A program made the position numbers and the translations under genes. A stretch of DNA of 25,194 bases from Ginkgo biloba (Eukaryota > Plantae > Ginkgophyta): the NCBI GenBank assembly GCA_024626585.2, contig JANKJI020000001.1:11012438-11037631 (forward strand). Reading direction: 5' to 3'. The notes beneath the pieces are model-generated. The model saw only the letters and a program-made list of their open reading frames with translations, did no database searches and had not been told where the DNA came from. Positions 23,036-25,194 of this stretch are shown here, one piece after another (within the stretch, counting starts at the first letter, position 1; the number at the start of each line of letters is the position of its first letter).

Positions 23036-23230
23036 AGAGTCTTCTGACTTCTAATTTCCTCCAAAGTTTAGAACCTCCATTCTTGTCCTTCTTGGACTTT
23101 CCTTAAACATTTTTATTAGCATTTCATCTTGGTTCTTTGGTCTATACTCTGATTGCTACACTTCTACCTTAGGTTCTAGTTCAGAGTTTGAGTCAATTCT
23201 CCCTTTGTCAGATTTTCTTTCCGCTTTTCT
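23036..23230 (-). mobile_element. Probable Ty3/gypsy gag N-terminal fragment upstream of PLA1
   Basis: Minus-strand translation RKAERKSDKGRIDSNSELEPKVEV*QSEYRPKNQDEMLIKMFKESPRRTRMEVLNFGGN*KSED resembles the plant gypsy gag motif (R/K)MEVPx(F/Y)xGxLxPE(E/D). Two in-frame stops. Confidence 0.5.
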
Positions 23231-23949
23231 GTGCTACGACACTAACTTTAAGGTCGGCTCCGGTGGCCAGCCTTGTACCCAGTTAATTGTACCCTTGTGT
23301 GTTTCATGGGGCCGGGAACCAATGACCAAAGCCTGCGTATAGGGTTGAACAAACGAAAAAAATTGTCATATATCACGCAACTCGCGAGTTGAGCGTACGA
23401 CAACAGAGCGATTCTTCGATGTTAAAATATTTTATCAAAATATTAAGGACGGTTGCACTACAGCCTGTCATATTTATTGTTTATCCCGGCGGAAAACTTT
23501 TGCTTGTTTATTTTTTGGTACTGGCCAGACCAGAACAAGGCAAAACATGTAGAGCGCGCACACGGAAATGTAGGGCGCGGACCCACGAAGCAATTGATTA
23601 TTCGCTTGTTTATGTGTGTGTGCCTTGTTGGGAAAATCAAACGAAGTTGTTTATATGCCCCGATCAGAGTTGGAATTTGACATTCTATTATCTTATTCGT
23701 CAAGTTAATTTTTAATAATGTTTTCAATATAAGTATTGCACTTTATTTGACGGTCTTAAAAATTGATTGAATGTTNNNNNNNNNNNNNNNNNNNNNNNNN
23801 NNNNNNNNNNNNNNNNNNNNNNNNNNNNNNNNNNNNNNNNNNNNNNNNNNNNNNNNNNNNNNNNNNNNNNNNNNNCTTCATATCCCATACCCTTGACAAC
23901 CCCCTAATCTTTAGAATCCCAATGACCCTTTACAAGAATATAAATTTAA

Positions 23950-25194
23950 ATGTTGAATAATTCATCAACATTCCACCCTTAAATTAATATTCTTGAGTTA
24001 TATTTAAAAAATTGGTTCATATATCTAATGAACACCCTAAAACACTCTCAACCAATACATTTAATATATGTGATCAACAATTTAAACACTAAGAGACTTA
24101 TACATCATTTAACACTAAAACTATTAGTTGATNNNNNNNNNNNNNNNNNNNNNNNNNNNNNNNNNNNNNACATAAGAGGAACTTATTACATCATTTAGAA
24201 CATAAACTCCCTTAACACATGTGATCGTGATGTGATCGTGATTTTATCTTCAAAACTAATGGACTTGAAAGGGGAAAATTTTCTTTAGGTTTCAAATACA
24301 ATTAAATTTCTTTATAAACATTAAGAACCTAAAATTTTTAAAATTTGTAACTCCAACTCCACCAATGACCACCTGTAACTTGTTCTACTCTCATCTTTGA
24401 TCCCATGACGATTCTTCTTTGTTCTATATTTCCACACCTACAGTGTTCACACCAGGGAAGATATGCTAGCTACTAAGGCCGCCTTGTATTTTCTCCATCA
24501 TAGCTCCCATTCGGTGGATCGAATAACTATTCTACGTCACCACCATTCTTCAAAGATATGGTCTTCTCCACCTGAGATCTGCTCAACGTCGCCAATTATG
24601 GATCCCCTCAAATGGAATCACCTCATTCACCCCAGGGAGGCCGCCATCACTCCACCTAATGCCCATGCTTGCATTCTCTTCAATGGCCACATCTCTCCGT
24701 GAGGGCTTGTTCTTATTTTCTACAGATCTGTCTCACTGATTTTTCATGGACAACAAAGTCACCCCTGTCACATCTTCATTCACTATTATACATGGCCGCC
24801 TAAACCCTAGACAATTTTACTCTTTCTTCATTATGCATACTTTGTAACAAATCCTAGGGTTTGAAAAATAAAAATATTCTTTATAAATTCGGCTATAAAT
24901 CCTTCAATAGTAGATCTCTAGTCACAAATAAAATCACCCTCTATAAACTTAACCTTCTACAATAATTTACACTATAAATTAAAGGTATTTTCGTCATTCA
25001 CAAAAACATGCAAACCCATTGGTTCCTCGGTTATCACTTTTATTTTTTTAGTCTGTAAACTTGGCTAAAAAATAACATTAAAATATTCACAGGGATTTAG
25101 CCACAAAGGTAAACTTTAAACTTCAAACACCACACCACCTCTAAAAATAAGTTGTAAGCATAAAATAACCTTTGGGTCACAAAATAGGCTCAAG
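23950..25194 (-). mobile_element. Possible LTR-retrotransposon 3' internal region ending in a PPT/LTR junction at ~23970
   Basis: Minus strand reads attaatttAAGGGTGGAA|TGTTGATG, similar to the PPT|TG junction at 4341 (aattaatattAAGGGGGGA|TGTTAT). No protein motif recognised. Confidence 0.3.

Noticed and set aside
22872-23065. 11-bp inverted match tttggaggaaa / tttcctccaaa
   Set aside because: Short; one arm is explained by the gag-like codons; no TSD.
23389-23727. Short ORFs upstream of PLA1
   Set aside because: No domain similarity; overlapping on both strands; more consistent with promoter DNA.
24219-24242. Perfect 11-bp tandem duplication atgtgatcgtg x2
   Set aside because: Ordinary slippage or repair duplication in repetitive DNA; no functional evidence.

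Overview
Eukaryotic plant genomic DNA from a gapped draft scaffold. It is AT-rich, CpG-depleted and has many N runs of about 100 nt; the density of decayed TEs suggests a large-genome plant, possibly a gymnosperm (inference). About 21 kb is a nest of decayed transposons: two related L1-type LINE remnants on the minus strand, a Copia-like tandem structure with a shared PPT-LTR-PBS unit, Ty3/gypsy RT fragments, a Copia integrase C-terminal fragment, a diverged ~1.4 kb direct repeat and a CACTA-like subterminal repeat array. The only intact gene is an intronless class I phospholipase A1 (DAD1/PLA1-Ibeta-like, Lipase_3; 21080-22834, minus) in a CpG-retaining island. Its 5' region holds the most interesting features: an 84-bp tandem duplication across the start codon that creates an in-frame uORF copying the protein's own N-terminus, a probable gypsy gag fragment ~200 bp upstream, and CGCG/TGACG motifs. 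I found no convincing evidence for a wholly new biological system. The findings are structural and regulatory oddities, all read by eye without computation.
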